DNA of 64,000 nt from Macrostomum lignano (lineage: Eukaryota): contig NIVC01001036.1 in NCBI GenBank assembly GCA_002269645.1, positions 310,001 through 374,000 of the forward strand, given 5' to 3'. The notes under the pieces were generated by a model, which saw only the letters and a list, made by a program, of their open reading frames with translations, made no database searches and had not been told where the DNA came from. A program made the translations under genes and the position numbers. Position 1 is the stretch's first letter, and each line of letters opens with the position of its first letter. Below, one piece after another: positions 1 to 35,021 of this stretch.

Positions 1-454
1 CGGCCTGCTGCATTCTTTAAGATGACTATTACGCTGCGCCGCACACCGCGTGCAGCTGCTGAGGAGAATGCAGCTCGGCATTCGCACATTAAAAAGGCCG
101 TCAAAAGCTGTCTCTCCAGACATGAGCCCCATCGAGCATGTCTGGGAGTTTGTAAAGCGAAGAGCTCAGCAGGATACCCCGCAGAATGCCGAACAGTTGC
201 AACAGGCGGTTCTGCATCGCTGGCAGCAGCTGCCCCAAGAGTTCATCAACCGGCTGGTGATCAGGAGGCCAAGTTGAGGCATGCCTTGCTTCATTAAGCA
301 GTATAACGGAAGAATTCGAGAGTGTATCGTATTAGCTATGCGATCAGTTTTTGGGACTGGAAAATTCGCGAGCGATAAACAAGCTTTTTAATGAATTTTT
401 ATGACATTTCACTGGCTCCTCAATGCAAAAAAAGTTGAAGTGGTTTTTTGCTAG
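1..454 (+). mobile_element. 3' part of a degenerate Tc1/mariner DNA transposon (transposase C-terminus plus right end)
   Basis: ORF 50-277 contains SPDMSPIEHVW...PQNAEQLQQAVLHRWQQLPQEFINRLV, matching the Tc1 'SPDLNPIEHVW' motif and the downstream helix. An upstream frame-shifted DD..APHTA resembles 'QDNAPPH'. The element appears to end at ...GGTTTTTTGCTAG followed by TA. The left end lies outside the window. Confidence 0.85.
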
Positions 455-458
455 TATA

Positions 459-1529
459 TGGCTCCTCAATGCACCTGCAAATCTGCACGACTCCTCAATG
501 CACCCGCAAATCTGCATGGCTCCTCAATGCACCTGCAAATCTGCATGACTCCTCAATGCACCTGCAAATCTGCACGACTCCTCAATGCACCTGCAAATCT
601 GCACGACTCCTCAATGCACCTGCAAATCTGCATGACTCCTCAATGCACCTGCAAATCTGCACGACTCCTCAATGCACCTGCAAATCTGCATGACTCCTCA
701 ATGCACCTGCAAATCTGCACGACTCCTCAATGCACCTGCAAATCTGCATGGCTCCTCAATGCACCTGCAAATCTGCATGGCTCCTCAATGCACCTGCAAA
801 TCTGCATGGCTCGTCAATGCACCTACAAATCTGCATGGCTCCTCAATGCACCTGCAAATCTGCACGACTCCTCAATGCACCTGCAAATCTGCATGGCTCC
901 TCAATGCACCTGCAAATCTGCATGGCTCCTCAATGCACCTGCAAATCTGCACGACTCCTCAATGCACCTGCAAATCTGCACGACTCCTCAATGCACCTGC
1001 AAATCTGCATGACTCCTCAATGCACCTGCAAATCTGCACGACTCCTCAATGCACCTGCAAATCTGCATGACTCCTCAATGCACCTGCAAATCTGCATGAC
1101 TCCTCAATGCACCTGCAAATCTGCATGACTCCTCAATGCACCTGCAAATCTGCACGACTCCTCAATGCACCTGCAAATCTGCATGGCTCCTCAATGCACC
1201 TGCAAATCTGCACGACTCCTCAATGCACCTGCAAATCTGCATGACTCCTCAATGCACCTGCAAATCTGCACGACTCCTCAATGTACCTGCAAATCTGCAC
1301 GACTCCTCAATGCACCTGCAAATCTGCACGACTCCTCAATGCACCTGCAAATCTGCATGGCTCCTCAATGCACCTGCAAATCTGCACGACTCCTCAATGC
1401 ACCTGCAAATCTACACGACTCCTCAATGCACCTGCAAATCTGCACGACTCCTCAATGCACCTGCAAATCTGCACGACTCCTCAATGCACCTGCAAATCTG
1501 CATGGCTCCTCAATGCACCTGCAAATCTG
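459..1529. repeat. 29-bp minisatellite, ~37 copies (CTCCTCAATGCACCTGCAAATCTGCAYGR)
   Basis: Directly visible tandem unit; accounts for ORFs 448-1577. Confidence 0.97.
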
Positions 1530-3544
1530 GCTCATCAATTGATGAGCAAATCTAACTCAAAGCTCAATCCACCCTGAAAGCAAAGTCCTAATTTCTTAAT
1601 TAATTCTTCTGCAAAGCTTAAACTATTGTATGAACGTTTTTATACCGTAGTTCTACCGGTATTTTATTTATATTTATAGCCAACGCTAATCATCGTTTGT
1701 TTAAAATGGTTTTTTGCACGCATGATATAACACCTTAAACAACTGCATTGGATCGTTGTTACATCACGCAGTTCCTTGACGCACTTGTGTCCATCGTATT
1801 TAAATACACATGCGCACTAGCTTATTGTGCGCCCCAGCTCGTAGCCGAAAAAAATTCAAGAAAAAATGCTGCTCATTTTTCCTCACGCACTACTCACAGC
1901 AAACCAGTAGACAAATCGGCATTTTGCTATCTGGCCGCCAGCCGACGCCAAAAATATTTCTCCGCCTCGGCATCCCGCACTCTGCCCTGCACGGCAGCCC
2001 CTCTACATGGATGGGACGCCCGACCGGCTCGAGCCCAGTTGCTGGGGTGACACACCCTGATCGCTGCTTTGCCTCATCCACGCCCAAAGCAGAAAATGGG
2101 GAGGGGAAAGCAACGAGGAGAGGAGACGGAAGAGAGCTGGGGGAGGAGGGGAGAGGAGATAAGGAAGAGGAACACGAGTGGGACGGGAGCGGAGGCCGGC
2201 GATACGAAGCGCCGATCCCGAGCATTGGGGCGACCTGCACTTTTGCGCATTGATCGCATTCCACGCCACCACCAACCCCCGCTCCGGCTGCTGCCCACCT
2301 TCTCGCTCCCGCCACTCCACTCTCCCTCTCCCCTTACTCTCCTATCCTACCCCTCGCATTCTCTTCTATTGCCAAAGCAGTGCATCGCGCGGGTACAGAT
2401 AGCGCAGTTATCCCTCACTATACTGCGCATTTGAATTTCTTTCCCTTCTTTTTTCTCCCTTCTATCTCCTGTCTCTCCTCAGCTTAGCCATCGTGCAGGG
2501 CTGCTGCCTACCAGCGAGAACACTGCATGCAACTATGTGAACATTTAGAGAGGCCTTTTTTATGGCACCCCCATCCTTAGATCGGCAATGATGATGAACG
2601 AACAGGTTCCATGAATACGCTAGCTAGTTCGGTAGTGCAGTGCGTAAGCGCGGTGCAGCAGCATTACGAAGAAGTCCCTGTCCCCAATAACTAGCCAGAC
2701 AGTTTCGTAATTGCCTAATATAGGTGTGAGAATATGCAGCACCCGAGACAGCAACTTGGAGCGCTGCCAAACAGTGTCATTGAGTACAGGGTTAGCACTT
2801 TGAGCACCTGATAGCTAATTTTGTTAGCTCAATGGCAATATTATATAAATCCTACATGGGAGCAAAAACACGATGGACTATGGAAACTTATTTCTAAGCA
2901 AAGAAATGCTGCGTCTTGAATCGCGCCAGAAACGCCCCAGAACTATAAAATAAAACTAACTATATATAGTGTAAATTTACGCAGCAAAATAGACAAAATT
3001 CAGCATTCACGCTATGGCAAGATTAACTGCAAAACAGGGCCGGCGGCCTGCCTCCGCCGCAGCTCCCATCATGTGTGCCAGAGCTAAAGCTGCATTGATG
3101 GCTTGCTGCTGCACAGACATACATACAGACGCAACTGCGAACGGGTCTGATACAAACTATTGCAATACTTCTATGCGTATATACAGGCATTATTGTTGGG
3201 CTGCTGGGCAGTTGCGCGCATATCTGCGCATTCCACCAGATAAAGAGGCTGTTTGGGGGGTGGGAGAGCACTTGGAAACCATGGCATGTATAGGAGGCAT
3301 GGTACAGGTTTCTGCCTGCCACACAGCCTTGCCAAGTACGAGAGGCATGTAGCTTCACTGCAGATGGGAGAGGCAGATTAGACAAAGGAAAAAACGGTAA
3401 AAAAGGGACTCAATGCAAACTGCTGCTCATCTGCTCGAGTCGGGCCACGCAAAACTGGGCTCCGCCTTTCTTATTTGTCTTCTTCCTTTGTTTTTTCTGC
3501 TTCAAGCCAACGAACGGGCCAGCAAGCAGTTTTGCGAATTCACT

Positions 3545-3545
<1 letters not shown>

Positions 3546-3602
<57 letters not shown>
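3546..3602. repeat. (CT)n microsatellite, ~28 units
   Basis: Directly visible. Confidence 0.97.
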
Positions 3603-3605
<3 letters not shown>

Positions 3606-6600
3606 TTTTGGGGCGTGGAGCCGGGAGGCAAAGGGAGATGGGAGTGGCAGAGTGTTGTTGCATTTTGGGCGGAGAAATGAGACTTCTTCTTCAAGTCGCC
3701 ACCCATCGAGAGCCACACCCAGCTCAAGGCGGGATCTGCGGGGACCCCTCCCACCCGCAGGCCGGCCCCACCATTGATGCAGGATTTTGCCGGGGATTGC
3801 TCAGAAAATCCCCCGCAAACCAAAGTGCTTCTGTTTTCCTCGAATTCCTAATTTTTCACTTATCCGCGAGAGGCCAACAACGCCCAATTTTTTATATATT
3901 CCGAAAACTGCTTTACTGCCCCAACGTGACCTATTTTGCTCTCTTAAAGGTATAAAACAGAAGGATAATGAAGGCAGGATCAGGGCGGATGCAGAGTGAG
4001 AGAAAGATCAGCAGCACCCAGAGCCAAAGAGAGCAGCTGCCGAATGGTAAAGGAGGCATCAGAGAGAGAGGGGGGGAGGGGGTTCTGAGGGTCCGGCAGA
4101 GACGGAGTAGCCTTTCCCTTGACTCCCCTTATCAAAGCTGTGCGAGCAGCCGGCCCACACACACACACACACACAGTGCACTGTACAGTCAGGCCATGTG
4201 CAGCAGCGCAATCGCCCAGGCCTTCACACTAAGACAGGGGGAGGGAGGGAGAGGGAAGGGGGTGGATGCCCTCAATGCTTTCTTGGCTGGCCTCAATACA
4301 GTGCGAGAAGAGGCAGCCCGGTCCGTACGGCGCAGGCGCAGGAAGGGAGCCGGGGGAGGAGGAGAACAGGAAAATCATTCATGGAATGCGCCTTCTCCTC
4401 TATCTTATTACTAGGCGCCAGCAAGGGGCAGAAATAGTGGGAAGTGGTGGCAGAGTAGCGGCCGAGGGCTAGTAGAAAAAAAAGAACTTTAACGGGCAAA
4501 TGGGCGAAGACTGGGAAGGAGAGTGTGAGAGGGAACGGAGGGAACGGAGGACAGAGCAAGGCTTCGTATCTTATTCCTTTTTCTAGCCTAATCCGCTCCC
4601 TCTATCCTTGCCAGGCGGTGAGGTGGTGCAGCGGCGGAGTGAGTCGAAAGGGGGGGGGTGGCTGAGCAGCCCTGTAGAGCACCCGGGCCAGGCAGCAATT
4701 CCATTCACTACGCTGAGGGCTTGCGGAAGGAGCAAGTATTGAGGCGGGGGAATTGTGGCAGCCAGGAAAGGCGAAAGAAGGAAGAGATGGACGGCAAGCC
4801 TGTACTCGGCAGATTCAGCTGTGCTATACAGGACCTATCTCAGCTCCTAACCCCCCCCCCCCCCGAATGTAATGCGCCGAGCAGCCTGTCGGGGGCTTGA
4901 GAAGGAAAATGAGGAGAATGAAGGGCTGCCTTAGCTGGGCGTTGCACGAATGCGCCGAAAATCCGTCTCAGATTAAAGCTGGGAGATGGGAAGGAGAAAA
5001 ATGAGAGGCAGGGCAGCGCTGGCTGATGAAGAGGAGAGAGAGCATGGAAGAGTAGACAGCGAGGGCAGAGAATGGGCGGAGGCGTACTGGGGCATCCCGG
5101 AGCAAGAGATGGGAAATGATACGAGGAGAAAAGAGAAAGGGCGGGGCGCGCACAGACGGAGGCGAAAGAAATAAGGCAGGTATTGGAGCTAATGCAGCAG
5201 CCCTGAGACGGACAGCAGCCTGCATGCCACTTATTCCTTTATCGTTTATCCAGGCTGCAATAGCCGGCATGTGAATTTTGGGGACAGGGATGAAAAGTGA
5301 AAGAAGACAAGGGGGGCATTATGCCGCAACCAACCACACCCTGATCGGGTTTTTTCTAGTGCTAAATTTGGAAACAAACTCAATGCACGCACAGGGATGC
5401 CTATAACAGTTCAGACTTGTGAATAATGAAAATTAATCAAATAATTAAAACATTAGCCAACGACAAAATCGAAATGAAACTTTGTCAAGCTTTTGTATTA
5501 GATTCTTGGTAACACGGCAAATAGATATCCATTTATTTAAGTTTGCTTTCAATTTTAATGCGTCAGTAAAACCCGATCGGTGCTGCGTGACAAAACTGAT
5601 TAGCGCTTGCACGTTATAGTTTAGTGCGTAGTAAAAGTATATATATGTATATATAAGGGCCAAGAGATAGACAATATAAGTATACCAGTACAATGATTTC
5701 AAGTATAAGACGGATGTATAATATTAACTATTAAAGAGAGAACCAGTTCAAACGCAAATTCACACCCAAATATCTTATAATAAGCTTTCTAATCTGTTAT
5801 CCTCTGGGTTACGTATTATATAATAACTCAACTGTTATGCGTATATACACAAAACCACGGCTATTATTAATTTTGTATTCAATACAGTACAGAGCGATTA
5901 ATCTTGAATAAAAAAATGTCCAAAGTGGTTTGCCTGGCTTAACCGCGTACAAAAAAAACACAGATCGGGTTTATATTGCTAGCGACAATGCGGCATTAAT
6001 TAATTAATTAAAATCAGCGCCTTAGCACTATCCGGAACACAGTTTGAAGCGTGCGACTATTAGCATTGTATAATCCAAGTAATAGCTTTAATAATAAGAT
6101 TATTATAGAAATCCAGTTCCGCCTCCCAGTCCGGGGAGAGGGGCAACAAGTCGTAGTTAAGAATCGGAGAGAGAAAAAACACACGAATTTGCAAAAGAGA
6201 TTTGAGACAGACGAGGGCAGTCGGCGGGCGGGCTGAATCGCAATAAAAAATGTAACTAGAAGAGAATTAAACAACACCGAAAATAGCCTCTGAATTTGCT
6301 TTCTGACTAGCGGAGACTGAAAGGAGTAACAAATGTTGGTTGGGATGAACGGGCGGTGGTCAGTTGGTGTCTGGGCACGAAAAAGGCTAAAAAAGCGACT
6401 TAAATTTATTCGATATAAATATAGGAAAGCTAACAATAAGAATAGTAATGATAATAATAATATTGGCCTGTTAATATATCTGTCTACAAGGATTGTTAAC
6501 AAATAACGGAGATGCTAAATTTTCTTTTTAATTGAAACAAAGAACAGTAGTTTTCTATAACAAATACACAGGGAACACGTGTAACTGCGAATATGTAGTA

Positions 6601-7418
6601 TTCTTACATATACACGGGGCCGTAGCGAGGGGGTTGTAATTTATAGGAAGCGGGATTGAAACAGTTAAAGGGAAAAGCAGACACACACAGACACAGACAG
6701 ATTAACTGGATAAGGCTTATATCTATCATTTCTACTTGAGTTTTTTTAGCTTAGGGGTAGCTAGCTACAAGGGAGGGTAGGGGAGAGAAGAGTAGGCTGC
6801 TGGGACCAGGCGGTGATGGAGCTGAGCAGCCGCGGAGATACATAATATTAAAATAGTAATTATAAACCGATAGTAGAAACGGTGCATGGCGGAGACTAGA
6901 GAGCTGATCATTATAAATAAATATATATATATATGCATAACATGAATATAACTATAAAAAACACAATGCCGGAGACACAGGTGCTAAATAACACAGACAA
7001 GTTAATGGCTGAGGCCGGCCAATTACTTATTAACGTGTAACAGTTGCTTGTGTAAAGACTAAAGAAGCCAAGCAAAGCAAACAAGTTGTCAAGGATAGAT
7101 GGATATTAATTAGAAAAATTGAGTGTCTTTAAAAACTTCTAAGCTGACAGGGCACAGCGGCGGTACCAACCATACAGAATAGAAAATAACAGTAGGGTAA
7201 AATAAAATATATTGACTTATTGCATAGAGTTGGCTGGCTTAAAACGCTGTTAGGTGTGCGCTGAACAAAGCTCGGACAATGAGACACACACACAAGTAAG
7301 CGATATTAGGCCCTAGCGTAGCATTGTTAGATTTCATACATTCGCAGCCACCCTGATTTACACTGGCCATGAGACCTACTTTTTGATAAAAAAATTCAAC
7401 TTACCTGTGAAAAATTTG

Positions 7419-7482
7419 GGGTAAACGGCAGGAGTAACTATGACTGTATTATTAAAGCGAAATGCTTCGTCATATAATTAGT
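7419..7482 (+). pseudogene. 64-nt diverged fragment of eukaryotic 28S (LSU) rRNA, helix 69-71 region
   Basis: GGGTAAACGGCAGGAGTAACTATGACTGTATTATTAAAGCGAAATGCTTCGTCATATAATTAGT aligns ungapped, 54/64 by hand count, to the recalled conserved 28S sequence GGGTAAACGGCGGGAGTAACTATGACTCTCTTAAGGTAGCCAAATGCCTCGTCATCTAATTAGT. The flanks are not rRNA-like. Confidence 0.8.
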
Positions 7483-8142
7483 ACTACCGTTTGTATTATT
7501 TTGGGATTTTTGTGATTTACCCCTGGTCTACCACAATTTACAGGTCGGCCATGAACTGAGATAAACAATTATATTCTATATAAATTTCTACAACTGTACT
7601 GGTTATTGTGTCTGTCTGCCTGAGCATTGCAACAGCACAGACTTATGCAATAAGCTTGCGTCCAGAGCCGAATGGTGTTCAGACATCAACTATTCGGATT
7701 ATAAAAGCGCAGTAAGAGCATCATTGAATAATATTTATAATATTAGTTCGCTACAGATTCATATAGAAAATCATTTTCTTTTTTTTTAAAAATTGCAAAA
7801 CACACAGGAAAACCAACAGACTGTGTCAAAGGTGTTGCGCAACTGACACAGAAAATAACATACACACAGAAAGATAAGGTGACACTATTATATAATAGTA
7901 AGTAACGCGGGGTTCAGTACACGATTTTCGTTTAAAGTAATAATATAACAGAAGAGTATGGATGGTGGGTGGCAGAACACACAGAGGGCCAAGGCGAGGC
8001 CGTGAGTGTGAGAGTCAATTTAACTGGGCGAGAGAGACCATGGGATAAGAGAGAGAGACAGATGGGATATTTCAGGTCAATTTTCGCGCAAAACGCAGTC
8101 TCGGGGGCGCGGCGGCATCCGCTCCCCGCAGTGCGCCTGCGG

Positions 8143-19135
<10,993 letters not shown>

Positions 19136-20090
19136 AAACAGAAGATCAAATTTCTTTCAAAAAGTGGTACCCACCTTAGGGGTGCCTGACAAAGCTGCTG
19201 GTTGAGCTTTGAGGGTCAAAATGAAATATAATTAAAGCTACTACTATGAATTAGTTGAAGTAAAAAAACAAATTAGCATATTGAAGAGCCATTTTTGCAA
19301 CAAAATTCTAAACGTAGTTCATTCAATATTTCAACAAATAAAGTGCCTAATAAGATTAAAATTATGTCCAATGGACTCTGGACTCGAGAGCTCAAGTTGA
19401 TATGCTACTACAGGTACAGTACTACAGTACAGTGCCTCTAAGCTATATTCACCACGTCACTCTACAACTTGGGAGCTGAGTAGATAATTATTCTTTGTTT
19501 CTTTGTCGCTTTAATCACAGCCAGCTGATTTCATGTCTCAAGTAGTTATATAGAAATTTGCTGAAAAATTCCAGCCAATGATGAATTGCGTATGTTTATA
19601 TTTTCAAAAAAGTGCTCTTATTTTTTTCATCGCAAAAGAAGAGAAGCAAAGTCGTTAAAAACGCAACGCGTTAAAAAATGGTGTAAGTTTTTATTTTATG
19701 CTGCATAGCTTTCCCATCTATTGATAGTTAGGGCTTAAATTTCAGAATTTTTAAAGTTATTGACCAAAATTCTGCATCTGCATCTTACATAACCGTAATT
19801 TGTTGCTCTTACCTCATCTTTGTTGCAATTAATTTCAAATCTCACTTTAAGCATTATGGTGAAAGGCAACATTAAAAAATCTTATTTCAATTAGTATTTC
19901 CTTACCACCTATTTAGCTTTGTCTCTAAGGTTAAAAATCTTGGCCCATGGCCTTGTGTTTATGACAAGGAATCCTATATTTGCATGTTGCGCTTTTGAGG
20001 AAGCGACATTTCCAATTTTGATTGTATTCGATATGGACCAAATACTGTATATCGATTGGGGAATTAATCTTGAAGGATTAGATGATATGC

Positions 20091-21309
20091 CTCAACGCCT
20101 TCCTTGACATCCCCCCGCTGGATATCTTTGTCCGCAAGGAATCTGCTAAGACTGATTTACACCGGCTTTCGTTTCCTGCCCACAGGGCCCATGGCTAAGC
20201 ACAAGCTCCGCCTCACGCTGACTCTGCCTCAAAGACTTGGAGAGACGGCGCGGTGAGCTCCACGTCTTATCTGACGGCGCGTCTCGCACTAACAACCTCT
20301 CAGCGCTACAAGGTCACCATCCCTTCAAGTGATGTTGCCACTGACCACTGGAATTTCCATGCAGGAGGCCCATTGTTACACGGACGGATCCATCATAAAG
20401 ACTGCTACGATCATCATCAATGGCCGCGTCACTGCCATGCATGCCCAGCACACTGGCAATCTCCACGGTCTTCCAGAACGAAGTCCTTGCTATCAGCTTC
20501 TACGCTGCAGAGCTGAATGCCAAATGGTACGAGTGGAGGGACTATATATAGTCATCGTCAGTCGCCGACTACGCCCGGCAGCTCAACCTCCTGGATAGCA
20601 ATACTGTCAGGCTGAAGTAGATCCAGGACACGCAGGGTTCCCGGAGCGAGTTGGCAGACACCCTCGCCAAAAGGGGCGGCTCTGCATGGCTCCCTCCTAC
20701 ACCCAGAGCCCCTGGTCCCTGCCTATCTCTTCTACCAGTCATCAATCTTAAGATGGATGACTGGGCTGATTCCCTTCACGTGACTGATGCGGGCGCCCAG
20801 AACTTCCGACAATCACGTGCTGCGGTTCCGTGCCCTCCTCGCAGGCTCAGAAACATCCTTCTGAACGAAACCGGAAGAATATTCGCGCCCTCGTCATGAC
20901 CTATATCCCGGCCATGGCTACCTCGCCAGGCAGCTGTTTCCTCCGAGGCGACCTCAAGAGTGAACTTTGCCTCTTTTGCGAATACGACAATGAAGATGCT
21001 CAGCTCTTTGTCTGTCACTGCCCTTAATTCTTTATCAGAGACCGGCGTCAGAGTCCATTGACGAGGTCTGCCAGCCCGACAGCATCCCACGACTCATCCA
21101 GTTTCTCAGGGCGACAAGACGAGCCACGTTCTTGATCCCTACGGAAGATCACACTGTAGGACGGACCGGCGCGCGGACCACCCTGACCGGCCCCACGCCT
21201 CTGCTTGTTTGCGGGCTTTCAGGTGTTATCGGAATGGGCGACCCTCGCCTCCCCACTGTGTCTACGGATCACCCTGCAGCTAAGTCAAGTACAAGTAAGT
21301 CAGCATTAA
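20091..21309 (+). mobile_element. 5'-truncated, frameshifted non-LTR retrotransposon with RNase H and C-terminal CCHC (LOA/R1/I-like)
   Basis: Across frames: post-RT motif NAFLDIPPLDIFVRKESAK, RNase H start AHCYTDGS, RNase H end VRLK*I..HAG...ELADTLAKRG, and knuckle RKNIRALV...LCLFCEYDNEDAQLFVCHCP. Tail AAGTCAAGTACAAGTAAGTCA. Candidate TSD GATATGC at 20084-20090 and 21310-21316. Confidence 0.85.
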
Positions 21310-21700
21310 GATATGCATAAATTAAGCATGTGTACACGCTTAGTTTGGCGTGAAAATGTATTAGCTGCAATTTAAATAAAGGTACATGTTCAAAGTACAT
21401 ACGTATGTAACTTGTTAAACATGTATGTTTACATGTGAAGTACATCAATTAGAAATGATACTGCTATTAATCAAATATACGCGTATTGAAATTAATTAAG
21501 CAATTAAAAAACGAAATCCAGCACAAATATTCACACTAGAGAAATATTTAAACTTACTGTATAAAAAGGCTGCAAAAATATTTTAATTATTTACTGCGTT
21601 CTGGGTTCTGGAACTCTCAAATAATGTACGTGTACTTTGTACATGAAAGTGATGAATTGTAACTGTTTTTCAGAAATTGGCTCAAGATATTTGGCCTGCT

Positions 21701-33229
<11,529 letters not shown>

Positions 33230-33360
33230 TGGCGGAGCTAGGGTTCTGAAATGGATGATACGTTCCTGGCTGATAACTCCGGGTGGGATGGAATACGAGC
33301 TTAAAGTGTGCCAAGGTGAAGTAAAGTGATGCAGAATTGCAAGAGTTTTTGTTTGCAAGA

Positions 33361-33660
33361 GATTACACAAGATTACACACCTGCCCCAATGGCCAGACCG
33401 ACAGCTAGCTCAGCCGCAGCTATTGCGCAGCGCATGTGAAGGCTGCGTACGGCTGTTCAGTCCAAGGACTGGGGGGGGGGGGTCCAAGGACACACACCCT
33501 CAGTTTAACCCAGCTAATGCTGGCCCCCATTTTACAGCTGGGTGAACTGAAGCAATGCAGATTTAAGTGTCTTGCTCAATGACACAAATTGTTCTGAGTG
33601 GGTTTGGAATCGAACCCCAGACCTTTCAGTCGTGAGTCCGACGATCTAGCCACTACTCTA
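33361..33660 (-). mobile_element. tRNA-derived CORE-type SINE
   Basis: On the minus strand: tRNA-like head with B box GGTTCGATTCC, then GTGTCATTGAGCAAGACACTTAAATCTGCATTGCTTCAGTTCACCCAGCTGTAAAATGGGG resembling the MIR/CORE domain, then a short repeated tail (GTGTAATCT)2. Confidence 0.8.
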
Positions 33661-34253
33661 GATTAACGCTAAGATTGATACCGACCTACCTCACGAAAAG
33701 TGGAAACGAACGAAATTTCCGTTGTTTATGGTTGAAATGAAATTTTATTAACAGTAAAAGTAATGCATTGTTATTTTAAACGTTAAACGCTTACGCTCGT
33801 ACACTAAAGACCAGGACGAATGACGCAAGCCCAGTTGGGTGCCAAGAGGTAGCTGAGTTTCTCAATTAACCTCAATCTCTCAATATTGCTGTTCTATAAC
33901 AGAGTCTAATATAATGTAGCTCGTAGATGCCAAGTCTGATCGATTCTTCTGATTGGATGCCGATAAGAGGCGGAACCCTATGAAATTTTAGCGAGTGAAT
34001 TAGACACTATAGCTGGACTACTATAATTGACAGCACAGCCTATTGCGGGCACTAGCAAGCTATAAGCTGCAGGTACCAACTAGAAGAAGGAGCGGTAACA
34101 GACAGCTGATTGAAACTTGATTAATTAGTGAACAATCCAATTGGGTTGTGTAGTTGTTAAAAAAATTAATGCCCAAGTTAGATTACTGCTTCAACCCCTC
34201 CAGTGTACAGGTAATAGCACAGGTATAAGTACAGATATAGTATACGTAGTACG

Positions 34254-34326
34254 AGGTACCTGTACACTATAGGTACCTGTACACTATAGGTGTCTGTACA
34301 CTATACATGTAGGGTACCTGTACACT
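34254..34326. repeat. 17-bp tandem repeat AGGTACCTGTACACTAT, ~4 degenerate copies
   Basis: Directly visible. Confidence 0.8.
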
Positions 34327-35021
34327 GTTCTGACTAAAAAACTAGGCCTAATTCTAAGAATCTTAGGTTACATGCAGTTTTATCCAGTTACATCAGCTCT
34401 AACTAATTCAGTACCAAATATATGATCCTTGACTCAATTGATGTCCAAAGCTACCTCTATTTTAGAGGTTGGAATTAACTGCAGACGGAACAACATTTTC
34501 CTGTTTGCCTCAATCTGATTAGCAGTTTAACTAGTCAGAGATTTAGATACTTAATTAGTGCTTGTAATCAGTGGTGATGAATTAAAAATGCAGAAAACAT
34601 TTCGGACAAGTAAATATTGTATAAGTACGCTCGTAGTGCGCCTGCAACGCAAGCACAATTTAGCTGGATTTGACTTTGAATCCGATTCAACCCTCAGTCG
34701 CTGCGCTGCTAAGGGTGACAATGCAAGGAAGCAGGCCAAGAACTTAAATGGCTGCTCACGGCAGTATTGAAGACGCGGGAGAACTTGAAAAAAGATGTGC
34801 AGGCTTTGGAGTATTTATAGCTAAGCAGGTAGGAAAGAGGATCCGGGAGCCTTAATTGCACCAGGCCAGGCCCCCAAAACGCGGTATTGAAAGAGGAATT
34901 GCGGCACCGACCATCTTTGCCACATCCGGATGTGGAGTTGCGGGGGATTAAAAAGCTGTTTCTTGCTCTTAATGGCATGATTAATTTTTTTCCAATGCAT
35001 GGCACCTTTCATAAGAATAAA

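Noticed and set aside
448-1577. Repeat arrays as CRISPR arrays, or repetitive ORFs as proteins (also 11066-12329, 24596-25420, 30273-31449, 34821-35402)
   Set aside because: Units are contiguous with no unique spacers, there are no cas genes, the context is eukaryotic, and the ORFs arise from stop-free units.
6014-6502. 162-aa hydrophobic minus-strand ORF
   Set aside because: Non-ATG start, compositionally driven by T-rich sequence, no family motif and no splice support.
33230-33370. N-terminal extension of DTHD1-like exon 1 given by the ORF track (start 33370)
   Set aside because: It starts at TTG inside the SINE tail; an acceptor-like site at 33246 and the ATG at 33229 are more plausible.
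34558-35005. Short GC-richer ORFs or putative exons divergent from the DTHD1-like gene
   Set aside because: A two-exon ~55-aa peptide can be forced (ATG ~34748, donor ~34829) but it resembles nothing I recognise; insufficient support.
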